From the NCBI GenBank assembly GCA_963706285.1, contig CAVPLU010000010.1, forward strand, positions 1 through 64,000: 64,000 nt of DNA, given 5' to 3'. Source of the DNA: Candidatus Bathyarchaeota archaeon. GTDB lineage: Archaea; Thermoproteota; Bathyarchaeia; 40CM-2-53-6. The notes under the pieces are model-generated. The model searched no databases, was not told the DNA's origin, and was given only the letters and a program-made list of their open reading frames with translations. This document shows, one piece after another, positions 1 to 10,460 of the stretch; position 1 is the first letter of the stretch, and every line of letters begins with the position of its first letter. The position numbers were made by a program, and so were the translations under genes.

Positions 1-903
1 TTCTGACCAGTTCGTGATTAGAGCGCCAACGATTATCGTGCATCCCCCCACTATCGTGGTAGTGGTTGGAACAGTCCCAAAGATCAGGGCCTCTCCGATG
101 AAGGCGACGAGAGGCTCAAGATACAGCCATACCGCAACTTTGACCGCATCAACCGTCGACAGAGAGTAGTTCCATAGCAGGTAGCCCACACAAGAGCAGC
201 CTACAGCGAGATAGAACATGCTGAACCATTGCCCGGGCTGCAAAGATCCTACTGAACCCCAATCCGATGAAACCGACATTGGGATCAACAGTAATGTTCC
301 AAGAACCGTTACGTAGGAAGTTGTGAGAATCGGTTTGCCGGTTCCCTTCATGAGTCGCCTACTCAAGGTTGAGTACAGCGCCCAGCAGACTGCATCTAGC
401 GCGAGGCAGAGGACGCCTACATAGAAGAGCCAGTCAATCTTCTCTAAGAATAGTCCTGGTACCGCAACTAGCGCCACGCCAAGGAGCCCGAGGAGAGTCC
501 CAAACACCCGCCAAATGCCATATTCTTCCTTGAGGAAGAATGCGGACGATATGCCTGTGAGAACAGGTATCAAACCTACGACAAGAAGAGCAGAGATACC
601 CGCGCCAGCATATTTGACGCCGGTGTACTGAAGCACGAAATAGATCGAAATGCTTAGGAAACCGAGAAACGCAAGCTCGACCAACTTACCGGGTTCAGGA
701 TAGTTTCCGGCGGTGGTACTCGACGACAATGACGGGAGCGAAGATCAATGAGGCAATCCCGAATCGGACGGTCGCCAAGATTACTGGTGATAGAGTAGAG
801 AGAATGATTCGCGCTGCCACGAATGAGAAACCCCACATAACCGCCGTTAGGATCGCAGCGACTATGCCATAGGAAGAAGTCCGCAGAACACGTCACCGCT
901 CAT
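1..903 (-). CDS. EamA/DMT family transporter (frameshifted, 3' end runs off window)
   Basis: Manual minus-strand translation gives GIVAAILTAVMWGFSFVAARIILSTLSPVILATVRF...YFVLQYTGVKYAGAGISALL...GYLLWNYSL...LYLEPLVAF. At least one frameshift near 695. Confidence 0.8.
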
Positions 904-1120
904 ATGACACGCGGATACAGGTGACGTTATTGCTGATCTGTTTTGGCATTTTGTGACAGATCACATCTCACGGAAGACGTGGTGAGATAAGCGCATATTG
1001 TAGAACTAATATCGTCTTCTCCGCATCATACAACTACTTGAGAATTGAAGCGAGACGGTTTCTGTAGCACGATACCTTGCGGTGTCCGCGTTTCCAGGAT
1101 TCCGTAGAGAATTCAGTGGC

Positions 1121-1438
1121 TCAAGGAGGGGGAGTTATCTTGATCGCTTGCACTGGGCATTGAACTTCGCATGCCATGCATTGAATGCAGTCCTTCTCTC
1201 TAGCAGGGTCTGACTTCTTCACAGAAGTAGGATGACCCGGACTGTCAATCATCTCAAATACAGTCGTAGGGCAAACGCTCACACAGATCTCATCGCCATC
1301 GCATACGTCTTGATCTACTGCAACATTTGTTCCGTGGATTCCACGCTTCGTGGGAAGGCTGGTCTCACCCCAAATCTTGTGACCATTATGATCTCCACTA
1401 GCCTTCATCTTACTTTGAAATTCAGGATCTATTGGCAT
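1121..1438 (-). CDS. zfx: Zinc-containing dicluster (7Fe-type) ferredoxin
   Basis: N-terminal extension with H-x-x-H...GIHGT, CxxDxxCxxxCP and CxxCxxCxxxCP cluster motifs, and KSDP. Same layout as the Sulfolobus/Thermoplasma Zn-ferredoxins. Confidence 0.85.
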   Translation of the reverse strand: MPIDPEFQSKMKASGDHNGHKIWGETSLPTKRGIHGTNVAVDQDVCDGDEICVSVCPTTVFEMIDSPGHPTSVKKSDPAREKDCIQCMACEVQCPVQAIKITPPP

Positions 1439-1759
1439 GGCTTGTGATCTCGGGTCCTTAGTTCGACCAGCATTGGTACTAGAACCTTTCTACTCAAGGA
1501 TATAGGACGGAATGAGAGGCGCTCCATGATATCAATTCTATTCGAGTTGGTTGATCTCGTGTATCATGTTTGACGCTAGCCACATACAATCTGGAAGACT
1601 AAAAGGGCAAAACTCCCGTAGAGTGACATGCATGATCTGGGAATCATTTCGGAGTGAGATTGCGAAAGTGACAGCTTCCCAATCAGTCCGGCGTTTAAGA
1701 CGTGCACTCCATGGCTTATATGTCAACAGAGGTATACGCGCTCTACAAAGTGATGGTTT

Positions 1760-2146
1760 ATGGTGCATGAAGAACCTGTCTGGAAGCGCGCAGTACTAGA
1801 TTTGTCAGCCATCCTATTCCTGATAGGCGGCATAATCGGTCTGGTGAGCGTCATTATGATGATTCCGATCTCTACAGTGTATCCGTTCATGCTGACCGCA
1901 AGCATCGGTTTCATCCTGATTGTTGTGCTAGTTGTGGGCGTCATCTGCGCCGTTGAGGCTCTTGAGTGCTACAGTTTCGCCTCTAAACGAATGTCGATGA
2001 AAGCAGGAACGCGTGGAATTGTGATCGGCGCAATTCTTCTTGTAGTAGGACTCCTGAACGGATCAGATTTGAAGACTCAGATTCTTATCGGTAGTGCAAT
2101 CCTGATCCTTGTCGCAGGCGCGATAAACTACGTCTATCGCGAATGA
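1760..2146 (+). CDS. Hypothetical membrane protein (about 4 TM)
   Basis: 128-aa ORF with four hydrophobic segments. Confidence 0.65.
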   Translation: MVHEEPVWKRAVLDLSAILFLIGGIIGLVSVIMMIPISTVYPFMLTASIGFILIVVLVVGVICAVEALECYSFASKRMSMKAGTRGIVIGAILLVVGLLNGSDLKTQILIGSAILILVAGAINYVYRE

Positions 2147-2245
2147 CTCACTCGATCGATCTCGTCTGTGGTCCTAGCCTCGGGAGCAGTCACTAGCCCG
2201 TCTGCTTGAGCCAAACGCTTCCGTGACCGCCGAGTTACCGAACTA

Positions 2246-3610
2246 TCATTGTCGGATCTTGATGTATTCATAGGCTGAAGGTGCGGTCTCGAAGGCGTAG
2301 TGCACTTTCTGGAAGTCTCTGCGGAATGCTGACACATCAGCTTTGATTTTTTCGGAAGACTCCTTGTCGATAACTACGCGTTTTATGAATTCAGCTATCT
2401 CCGCCATCTGCGACCGTTTCATTCCGAGGCGGGTAATCTCAGAGACTCCAAGCCGTATCCCACCTGGATTGTGATAGTGGCGTCCGGCTTGAATGTCGCC
2501 TGGGAGTAGTTGTCGATTCACGATAATGTTCGCTTTCTCTAGGGTTTTTTCGATATCTCCTCCGAGGCCGTACTTGGTCGTGTCAACCGCGATTTGATGC
2601 GACTTTGTGAACCCTTTACTCTCAGCAAGCGTGTTTAATCCGCATTCGTACAGTGCCTGCCCGAGCGCCTGGGCATTTGCAACTATCTCGGACGAATATT
2701 CGCGACCAAATTCAAGCATCTCCGCAAACGCGATGGCTTTTCCAGCGACTGTGTGGAGGTGATGGTTGCTCGTGTTCGATGGGAAAGTCGCCGTCTTTAT
2801 CTGCTCTGCGTATTTCTCGAACGAGACGACGGCGCCGCCTTGAGGGCCGAAGAGCGTCTTGTGCGTACTCATCATCATCACATCCACGCCTTCGCGGAGC
2901 GGATCCTGAAACTGTCCGCCAGCTATGAGACCTGAAACGTGTGCAGCATCATACGCAATGTTGGTGCCAATTCCGTGGAAGTACTCGGCCAGTTCCTTGA
3001 CAGGGTGGGGAAACAGGAAGAGGCTTCCGCCGAATGTTGCGAGCTTCGGACGCTTGCCGTCCTTGCTCAACTTCTCGACCTTGTCCTTAGTCTTGTCTAC
3101 GTCAATGTTCATCTCGTTGCGGTCGAAGACGAAGTATTCTACATCGAGGCCGTGGACGCTGCCGGCGGTTCCGTTGAAGTCCTTCTTTGCCATAGAAATG
3201 TGGCCGCCGCTCGGAATCGCTAGAGCCATCATGACATCTCCCGGCTTAGTGAAGGCCGTGTAGGTGACGAGGTTCGCGCAAACGCCAGATACTGGGCGGA
3301 CATCTACAAATTCGGCACGAAAGAGTTGCTTCGCCAAGTCTATGCAGATCTGTTCCACTTGGTCGATGTACGTGCATCCTGCGTAGACGCGTTCGCCAAC
3401 CCATCCTTCCGCGTAACGGTTGCCAAAATCGGAAACAATTGCTTCACGGACCGCTGGGCTCGGAACATTCTCAGACGCGATGAGCGGAATGCTCTCAGAG
3501 AACCAACTATGATGCTGCTTGAGCAGCTCGAACACCTTATCATATGAGCCCTTAACTGAACTCAACACTACTTCCCCTAGTGCTAGAATGCATGGGAGTG
3601 AACTAATCAC
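2246..3610 (-). CDS. glyA: Serine hydroxymethyltransferase, archaeal type (true start probably ~3565)
   Basis: LIASEN, RYAEG, GGHIS, YDAAHV, STHKTLFGPQGG (PLP lysine), GIRLG motifs. Confidence 0.95.
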   Translation of the reverse strand: MISSLPCILALGEVVLSSVKGSYDKVFELLKQHHSWFSESIPLIASENVPSPAVREAIVSDFGNRYAEGWVGERVYAGCTYIDQVEQICIDLAKQLFRAEFVDVRPVSGVCANLVTYTAFTKPGDVMMALAIPSGGHISMAKKDFNGTAGSVHGLDVEYFVFDRNEMNIDVDKTKDKVEKLSKDGKRPKLATFGGSLFLFPHPVKELAEYFHGIGTNIAYDAAHVSGLIAGGQFQDPLREGVDVMMMSTHKTLFGPQGGAVVSFEKYAEQIKTATFPSNTSNHHLHTVAGKAIAFAEMLEFGREYSSEIVANAQALGQALYECGLNTLAESKGFTKSHQIAVDTTKYGLGGDIEKTLEKANIIVNRQLLPGDIQAGRHYHNPGGIRLGVSEITRLGMKRSQMAEIAEFIKRVVIDKESSEKIKADVSAFRRDFQKVHYAFETAPSAYEYIKIRQ

Positions 3611-3661
3611 TCTTTAGATAGCCTGCGTAGCACTGCTGGAACGTTAGGGGGTTGTCTTGGA

Positions 3662-4378
3662 GTGCCCAAACGTCGACAGAGTCGAAGGCAGAAGACAGGC
3701 AGATCTACTAAAGACAAGGCAAAGGCGAGGAAGTACTTTGCCGCTGTGGCGAACCGCTGGGACAAGATGCGCGAAGACTTCTTCGATGAGACCGTAGCCG
3801 ACTCGATACTGAAAGCCTCGGATGTGAAGCCAGGAAATACCATAGTTGATGTGGGCTGTGGAACCGGCTTCCTGACCCGGCGGGCTGCTCTGCAGACACA
3901 AGGCAAGGGAAGGATAATCGGCGTGGATCTCTCCCCCTCAATGCTAGAAAAGGCGAGAGACAACTTAGCCGAACTTTCACTACTCGATGCTGTAGAGCTA
4001 CGATCCGGTGATGCAGAAAATATCCCCGTTGAGGACGGTTTTGCCGACGCAGTTGTGGGCAATATGATTCTCCATCATTGTCCGAGACCGAAACGAGCGA
4101 TCTCTGAAATGACGCGAATCCTAAAGAATGGTGGCAGGATCGCAGTCGCAGATCTGGAGAAACATAAGGAGCGTTGGTTGCGGGGAGAGATGGCTGACCG
4201 GTGGCTTGGATTTGAATTGGCGAAAGTCCGGAAGTGGTTTGAGGATGCTGGCCTAGAAGATGTGAAGGTGGAGCTTGCGAGAACGAAGTGTTGCGGCATA
4301 TCCCTGCATGGAAGGAAAGCTGAGATCGGAATCTTCGTCGCGAGCGGATCGAAACCTATGCCTCCGTTGAAGCTGTAA
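3662..4378 (+). CDS. Class I SAM-dependent methyltransferase
   Basis: VDVGCGTG motif I, GVDLS, GDAE, LHH, RILKNGG. Confidence 0.9.
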   Translation: MPKRRQSRRQKTGRSTKDKAKARKYFAAVANRWDKMREDFFDETVADSILKASDVKPGNTIVDVGCGTGFLTRRAALQTQGKGRIIGVDLSPSMLEKARDNLAELSLLDAVELRSGDAENIPVEDGFADAVVGNMILHHCPRPKRAISEMTRILKNGGRIAVADLEKHKERWLRGEMADRWLGFELAKVRKWFEDAGLEDVKVELARTKCCGISLHGRKAEIGIFVASGSKPMPPLKL

Positions 4379-4423
4379 GCGCTTATATTCCTCGGATTCC
4401 GTAGCCGGCATCGTGATGGCGTC

Positions 4424-4930
4424 TTGGCACAATCGTCGGTTGCTGCTAAGTTCGCCGTTGCTGCTGCTTTGGCAGCAACGACCACCGTCGCAACGATGCT
4501 TATTCAGATACCAATTCCACCGACGAGAGGCTATCTCAATTTCGGGGAGATCCTGGTTTTCACTAGCGCTCTGTTGTTCGGTAGATTTGTCGGAGGCATG
4601 GCTGGCGGGATAGGCTCCGCTATGGCAGATGTCATCACTGGATATGCGTACTTTGCACCTTACACGCTGATCATTAAGGGACTGGAGGGATTTCTAGCTG
4701 GTGCGATTAGGGACGGGAAGAACACACGTCGCGACGTTCTCGGATGGTTCGTTGGTGCCGTCGCCATGGTTGTAGGCTACTTTCTAGTGGAAGCGACCGT
4801 GATGGGTTTCGGCGTTCCAGCCGCCCTTCTTGAGGCTCCCAGCAACATTGTTCAAGTTCTCTCAGGAGCAATCATTGCTATCCCCCTTGCTCGCGGGCTC
4901 AGAAATAGGATACCTAAGATTCTGATCTAG
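4424..4930 (+). CDS. ECF transporter S component
   Basis: IPIPPTRGYLNFGE, GGIGSAMAD, APYTLIIKGLEG; multiple TM helices. Confidence 0.85.
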   Translation: MAQSSVAAKFAVAAALAATTTVATMLIQIPIPPTRGYLNFGEILVFTSALLFGRFVGGMAGGIGSAMADVITGYAYFAPYTLIIKGLEGFLAGAIRDGKNTRRDVLGWFVGAVAMVVGYFLVEATVMGFGVPAALLEAPSNIVQVLSGAIIAIPLARGLRNRIPKILI

Positions 4931-4938
4931 ACTTCGAA

Positions 4939-5364
4939 TTAGGTTCCGATCAGCGTCTTGATGTGCTCCATCTGTTCCCGGGAAAGTCGTTTTCGCGCCA
5001 TGAATGATACTTCATCATCTTCTTTCCTCGGGATTAAGTGGATATGGATATGAGGTACGAGCTGATGCGCTGCCTTTCCGTCGTTGACGGAGATGTTTGC
5101 TCCTTGGGCTGACATCTTCTTCATGATTGTCTCATTGAGTTCCTGAGCTTTGGTGAAGAGTTTGGCAACTTCAGCTGGAGGAATCTCTCCAAACCGCTCG
5201 TAGTGGCGTTTCGTTACAAGCAGGGTATGTCCATCCGCGATCGGGTGATTATCCAAGAAAGCCATTAGGTCATCGTCCTCATACACGATGTGAGCAGACG
5301 CCTTTCGAGCTATGATATCGCAGAAAACGCATGACAAGTCTAACAGCTTCCGTCGAGATTCCAT
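4939..5364 (-). CDS. HIT family nucleotide hydrolase
   Basis: CVFC, GHTLL, HIHIH histidine triad. Confidence 0.95.
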   Translation of the reverse strand: MESRRKLLDLSCVFCDIIARKASAHIVYEDDDLMAFLDNHPIADGHTLLVTKRHYERFGEIPPAEVAKLFTKAQELNETIMKKMSAQGANISVNDGKAAHQLVPHIHIHLIPRKEDDEVSFMARKRLSREQMEHIKTLIGT

Positions 5365-5471
5365 GATGTCTTGAAGATATTCTTTCCGAGAGGGTTCCGT
5401 GAGGTTTGTACTTTCACTTTGCTCTCCCGCTTATCTGCTCCCCGCTGCTTCATATCATATTCTGATGACCG

Positions 5472-5795
5472 ATGCCACCAAGACCTCCCCTCCTCACAAT
5501 CATAGGCAACGAATCTAGACTCAGAATCATTCTGGCTCTAGCAAAGCATGTCGGCGATCCGCTGAGCGTGTACAAGATCGCAAAATTCAGCGGTCTAGAA
5601 AGGAAAGTGATTAGGCCGCATCTGAGAAAGCTTGTTGAAGCCGAATTGGTTCAGGCAAAAGCGTATGGGCCAATCTTTGTCTACCGCCTGAACAGGGAAA
5701 GCATGCCAGTACAACGCCTCATGGACCTGTTCAACGAGTCAAGAATGCTCGGTGAAGCTCCCGTTCCATTAATCTGCTATCCAATGCGCCACTAG
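5472..5795 (+). CDS. ArsR-like winged-helix transcriptional regulator
   Basis: SRLRIILAL...SVYKIAKFSGLERKVIRPHLRKLVEAELV...YRLN. Confidence 0.75.
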   Translation: MPPRPPLLTIIGNESRLRIILALAKHVGDPLSVYKIAKFSGLERKVIRPHLRKLVEAELVQAKAYGPIFVYRLNRESMPVQRLMDLFNESRMLGEAPVPLICYPMRH

Positions 5796-5809
5796 ATACT
5801 TGCTCTATT

Positions 5810-6896
5810 TCACTTGCGTTCGGACCAGGCGAGCAACGTTTCCTGAGACACGTCAGTTCGCCTCAGGTTCGAGAGCCTGACCCCTACAAGACGGATCTTT
5901 CTGGGATCCTTCTCAAACTCACTGAAGAGAGATTTCACCGAGTTCTGGACGACGTCGAGCCGATTTGTGTAATCGCTCCTACTCTTCGCTCGAGTAAATG
6001 TTGTGAAGTCTTCAAACCTGAGCTTAAGGCCGATCGTCCTCCACAGAAATCCGTCCTGCACCGCTCGCGCGTGCACCTCTCTAACAAGCCTGTCCAGTGT
6101 TTCAGCAACCACAGCTCTATCCTCGACATCTTGCTCGAAGGTCGATCTCAGTGCTGATCGACTTGATATCGTATGATGTCACGACAGGCGTCTCGTCGAT
6201 TCCGTTTGCGATCTGCCAAAGCATGATCCCCCATTTTCCAAACAGTTCAACAATACGTCCGGCAGGATAACTTGCGAGATCTCCAATCGTCTTGATGCCT
6301 ACTGTCTCCAGAATTTCGCTGGTCTTCTTTCCAACTCCACTGATTCGTGATACGGGGAGGGGACGCAAGAACGATGATGCTTGATCGGGAGCGACGATCG
6401 TAATCCCATCCGGTTTCTGATAGTCTGAGGCGATCTTCGCTATTGCCTTGTTCGGCGCTACACCGATCGAGCATGTCAGGCCTTCTCGATCTTTGATCTC
6501 TTCCTTGATCCGCTTAGCGATCTGCGTAGCCTCATCGAAATCCGCTGCCTTATCGGACAAGTCTAGAAACGCTTCATCTAGACTCATCGGTTCGAGTTTC
6601 TTGGAGAAGCTACGGAGAATGTCCATCAAGCGTGCGGAGATTTCCTCGTAGAGCGCAAAGTTGGGCCTAAGGTACACTCCTTGTGGGCAGAGTCGATAGG
6701 CTCGCGATATTGGCTGAGCGGAATGGACACCGAACTTTCGCGCCTCGTAGGAACAGCCCATAACTACACCACGGCCTTTGCCCTCTTTCGGGTCTGCGCC
6801 TACTATGATTGGGAGCCCCGTCAACGCTGGGTTCTGTCGTCTCTCCGCCGACGCATAGAAAGCGTCCATGTCGACATGGAGTATTATTCGCTGCAC
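5810..6896 (-). CDS. dinB: DNA polymerase IV (Y-family), frameshifted near 6140
   Basis: HVDMDAFYAS, SYEARKFGV, SLDEAFLD, KIASDYQKPDG. The little-finger domain (LKLRFEDF, IRLVGV) is in ORF 5810-6112. Confidence 0.92.
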
Positions 6897-6979
6897 CGAG
6901 AATCCAGCGCTCAATAGCCTTCTCAACACTGAACTATTAAACGACACAACAATTCGATTCACACTTGGAAGGAAAGCCA

Positions 6980-7972
6980 ATGCGGTTCATTATCTACGGC
7001 GCCGGTGGGGTAGGCTGTGTAATCGGTGGCCACCTATTTCGCCAAGGCTACTACGTGGTGCTGGTCGGCAATCCGCAACACATGGACGCCATCAACGCAA
7101 ATGGCCTGAAGTTGGCAACAGGCGACGAGACATTCGTGTTACGCATTCCCGCAGTAAAGACGGCTAATGAACTCGTACCTTTTCGCGGCGACGATGTCGT
7201 TATGCTATGCGCAAAATCACAACATACGTTGAGATGTCTCGGCCAGCTCAGGAATGCAAGCGTGCCCAGCACATTGCCTATCTTCAGTTGCCAGAACTCG
7301 ATCTGGAATGAATCTGTAGCCATGAGAGTGTTCGACAAGATCTACGGTGTAATGCTCTTCATCGACGCAGTATTCTTGACGCCAGGTGAAGTCATCAATC
7401 CCGTCACGGGGCGATATGGGTTCATCGAAGTCGGATGCTATCCGCGCGGAAAGGATGTGTTGTCTGAAGACGTAGCACTTGCTCTCCGGCGTTCAGGATT
7501 CTCGACGATAGTCAACGAAGACGTCATGAAATCGAAAAGCGCGAAATGCCTCATCAATCTCAGCAACGCAATATACGCCATCACCGACGGCAAGGGCGAT
7601 GCTCATCCGATCACAAGCCAAGTACAGCAAGAAGCCATGAAGGTTTGGTCATCAGCCGGCATTGAATGGGAGGACCTGCAATCCTTCAAGAAACGCTGCC
7701 GCGACAATTACGGCACAAAGAAGACTCCTACTGGGTACGAAGACCTCAGTGCCCATGGATCCTCGTGGCAAAGCCTCACACGCCGCACAAGCAACATCGA
7801 AGCGGAACAGCTGAACGGAGACGTCGTCACACTAGGCCGGATGCTGGGAATCGAGACACCATACAACGAACTCCTGTGGCGCATAGCAGACGAAATGGCA
7901 ATTCATCGAGAGAAACCTGGGAAATACACGGCTGAGGAACTGATGGACATGGTTCAGAAGCGTTCCGGCTAG
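6980..7972 (+). CDS. Ketopantoate reductase (PanE/ApbA) family protein
   Basis: YGAGGVG Rossmann motif, KSQ, CQNS, SSWQSL, EAEQLNG, TPYN. Confidence 0.85.
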   Translation: MRFIIYGAGGVGCVIGGHLFRQGYYVVLVGNPQHMDAINANGLKLATGDETFVLRIPAVKTANELVPFRGDDVVMLCAKSQHTLRCLGQLRNASVPSTLPIFSCQNSIWNESVAMRVFDKIYGVMLFIDAVFLTPGEVINPVTGRYGFIEVGCYPRGKDVLSEDVALALRRSGFSTIVNEDVMKSKSAKCLINLSNAIYAITDGKGDAHPITSQVQQEAMKVWSSAGIEWEDLQSFKKRCRDNYGTKKTPTGYEDLSAHGSSWQSLTRRTSNIEAEQLNGDVVTLGRMLGIETPYNELLWRIADEMAIHREKPGKYTAEELMDMVQKRSG

Positions 7973-8199
7973 CCAAGCATATTCCGACCACAGAAAACCA
8001 ACAACATCTGAATTTCTACCCACTCGGTTCTTTCAACTCCGGCCTCCTGCGCCTTAACCACCGGTTAGTCTAGCCCCTTCACAGGATACCCACGCATATT
8101 GTGAAATCTTGCATTGTTGCACCGCCGTCTTCGGCCGGTTTGTATCGTTTCTACACGTCCCGCACCATTCTTGGGAGCCTGAGAAAACATTAAGTTATT

Positions 8200-8234
8200 C
8201 CTGTAGGATTAATCCTACAGGCATTACTAATGCC
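8200..8234. promoter_or_regulatory. Two abutting inverted repeats over the transcription/translation start of the AbiE-like operon
   Basis: Perfect 22-bp palindrome CCTGTAGGATTAATCCTACAGG (8200-8221), and GGCATTA-C-TAATGCC (8220-8234) containing the ATG. BRE/TATA-like GAAAACATTAAGT lies just upstream. Confidence 0.7.
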
Positions 8235-9000
8235 AAACGCGTTAGATCCCAAGAGGGCTGAAGAACTCACCCATATAATTGAAGCCCTGGGCGATGCAGC
8301 TTCATTCAGGAACATAATGAGGGAGGCTGCGCGTGCGTGTGTCATTAAGGAGAACAAGACACTGCGGCGTTATTTGGACCTCCTCGTTAGTGGGCAAGTT
8401 CTGAAGATGCGAACTCGAGATGTAGGCTCTGTGAACCTGCAGCAACTATACGTCGTGAGTTCTAGAAAGCCCGAAATTTGGGTTGGACTTGGAGTACTTC
8501 GAAGGCATGGCCTGAATTGGGAAGTCCCTGAGACGGAATTGCGACCAGTATCGACAGATTTTGACGGACTTGTGCGTTCCAGAGTCATTGATACGAAAGC
8601 TATGGCGTCTTTGGAGGATTGTCTGATTCACGAGTTGCACAGAGATGCAAATGCAGGAACCGGTGGGATCTCATTCGTAATCGCCATAATATCAACAAGA
8701 ACTTTGGATCTGCCCTACCTTCTTCGACGAGCAGATCAGGAACGCCTGGGTGAGACTTTGCGATTCTTGCTCAATCGTATTCTGAGGATTGTCTCATCAA
8801 GAGAGACCGATGTCTCTGCCTCAGTATTCATTGCAGTACGAGAACAGTTCCTAAAAATTGCCAGGCGATATACCCAAACCGGGTTCTGGAAGCTTGTAGA
8901 TGAAAAGGGAGTTGGCGACTTGGGTCTCCAAACGGCAATTGGTCTGACCGACTATGAGGTCATCATTACAGCAGGGAAGCAACTTGGAGTGACGGGTTGA
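8230..9000 (+). CDS. Putative AbiEi-like antitoxin / wHTH regulator
   Basis: N-terminal wHTH-like segment (TLRRYLDLLVSGQVL), ASLEDCLIHE motif, directly abuts the NTase gene. Confidence 0.55.
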   Translation: MPNALDPKRAEELTHIIEALGDAASFRNIMREAARACVIKENKTLRRYLDLLVSGQVLKMRTRDVGSVNLQQLYVVSSRKPEIWVGLGVLRRHGLNWEVPETELRPVSTDFDGLVRSRVIDTKAMASLEDCLIHELHRDANAGTGGISFVIAIISTRTLDLPYLLRRADQERLGETLRFLLNRILRIVSSRETDVSASVFIAVREQFLKIARRYTQTGFWKLVDEKGVGDLGLQTAIGLTDYEVIITAGKQLGVTG

Positions 9001-9696
9001 TTGAAGAGGCCACAAGACATCAGAGCAGCACCTAAGGAATGGATCGCGCTGCTTCGGGTCGCACACAGATTCTTCTGGGAACAAAAGGTCGGCGACCTTC
9101 TACTGTATGGATCACAAGCGATGTCCGTGTACATGAAGAACCCCCTACGAAGCAAAGATCTGGACCTTCTATCCAACCAAGTGAGTTATCGCCAAATGGA
9201 ACGACTGGCAGAGAAGCTCTCCGAGATTAAAGGGGTCCAGTACAAGACAACCTCCGCCCAAACAAGACCGTTTGAGGATCGAAAAATGACAACCTACGCA
9301 ATAGAGCTGAGAGTGTCTGGGAAACCTTTTTTCGTCGAGCTATTCGACAGAGTACTGGACGGAAGATCGCTTTCCGTCATTCAGCCTTATGTCGTACAGC
9401 GAAAGCGATGGGATTTGGATATCTGGTCGCCAACACGAGAGGCCATAGTCGCTCTACGTCTCGCGTTCAGGCAACCAGAAGGCATCACACGTCTCAATGC
9501 AATACGTTTGAACAGGTTCATTCAGGAAAACCGGCAATCATTACGTTTGAAACAGGTCAGGGCGATTATCAAGGAATGGGAAATAGAAGACTGGGTAGAG
9601 AAGAACCTCGTCGATCTCTATAGTCGAAATAAGATACGCATTCTAGATGACCGCAGGATATCTCAGGGGATCGAACGCAAGATCATTGCGCAGTGA
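9001..9696 (+). CDS. Pol-beta-superfamily nucleotidyltransferase, AbiEii/DUF1814-like toxin candidate
   Basis: LYGSQAM...RSKDLDL (G-S/G...R-x-x-D-x-D) NTase signature and a later FVELF strand. Confidence 0.7.
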   Translation: MKRPQDIRAAPKEWIALLRVAHRFFWEQKVGDLLLYGSQAMSVYMKNPLRSKDLDLLSNQVSYRQMERLAEKLSEIKGVQYKTTSAQTRPFEDRKMTTYAIELRVSGKPFFVELFDRVLDGRSLSVIQPYVVQRKRWDLDIWSPTREAIVALRLAFRQPEGITRLNAIRLNRFIQENRQSLRLKQVRAIIKEWEIEDWVEKNLVDLYSRNKIRILDDRRISQGIERKIIAQ

Positions 9697-10013
9697 GCTA
9701 CTCGAAAAGATGAGGAACGCCGGCGGATACGTTGGAGGCATCGTGATGCTTGACGAGTCCGCAAAAGTCACCGCGGGCAAAGATGTTCCGGCAATAGTGT
9801 GCCAGATCGGCTTCGTGGTACAGCCCATCGCCATGCCAGCCCTCGGCGCATCTCTAGGCATCCTAATGGGAGTTGTCGCCTTGACTTCTTGCGTACAGGA
9901 AACCCAGCAACGCCTGAGTCTATCCGGAACTGGATTCTTTTGCGGTCGATTGCTTTCTGCTTACAGCTCTTTTCGCATGCTCACGGTTCAACTCAACCAA
10001 AGATACGGAAAAC

Positions 10014-10460
10014 CTAGGTGGTTGGTTTCGTGAAGAACGCTTTGATTTGGCGACGGCTCACGAAATAGACAATCATGATCACGATTTGTAGTAGGAAAGT
10101 GATTCCGCTGACAAGAAAAAGGAGAACGAACCCCTCCCAATCACTGACGAAAAGAATCACATTGAGAAACAGTACGCTAGCAGCTGCGGCTGCGACCAGC
10201 ACCAATCCTGCCAGGATTAGGGTGGCTCTTCGCGCCCAACCCTTTCCTGCCCAGAAGCCCCAAGCGACCACGACAGCAATTGCTCCCAAAAGCAGCAGAA
10301 CTCCACCCATCATAGCGATCGGGGCAGCATTCCAATCATAGAATCCGAGATAGTAAGGGTAGTAAGCTGCTCCGGCTCCAAGCCCAAACATCAGCAACGC
10401 GCTGAGAATGTCAAGAACTACGAGGGTCTTCATCCCAAGAGGTCTACTCCGTTTCTGCAC
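10014..10460 (-). CDS. Hypothetical membrane protein
   Basis: RPLG N-terminus, GFWAGKGWAR, four TM segments. Confidence 0.7.
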   Translation of the reverse strand: MQKRSRPLGMKTLVVLDILSALLMFGLGAGAAYYPYYLGFYDWNAAPIAMMGGVLLLLGAIAVVVAWGFWAGKGWARRATLILAGLVLVAAAAASVLFLNVILFVSDWEGFVLLFLVSGITFLLQIVIMIVYFVSRRQIKAFFTKPTT

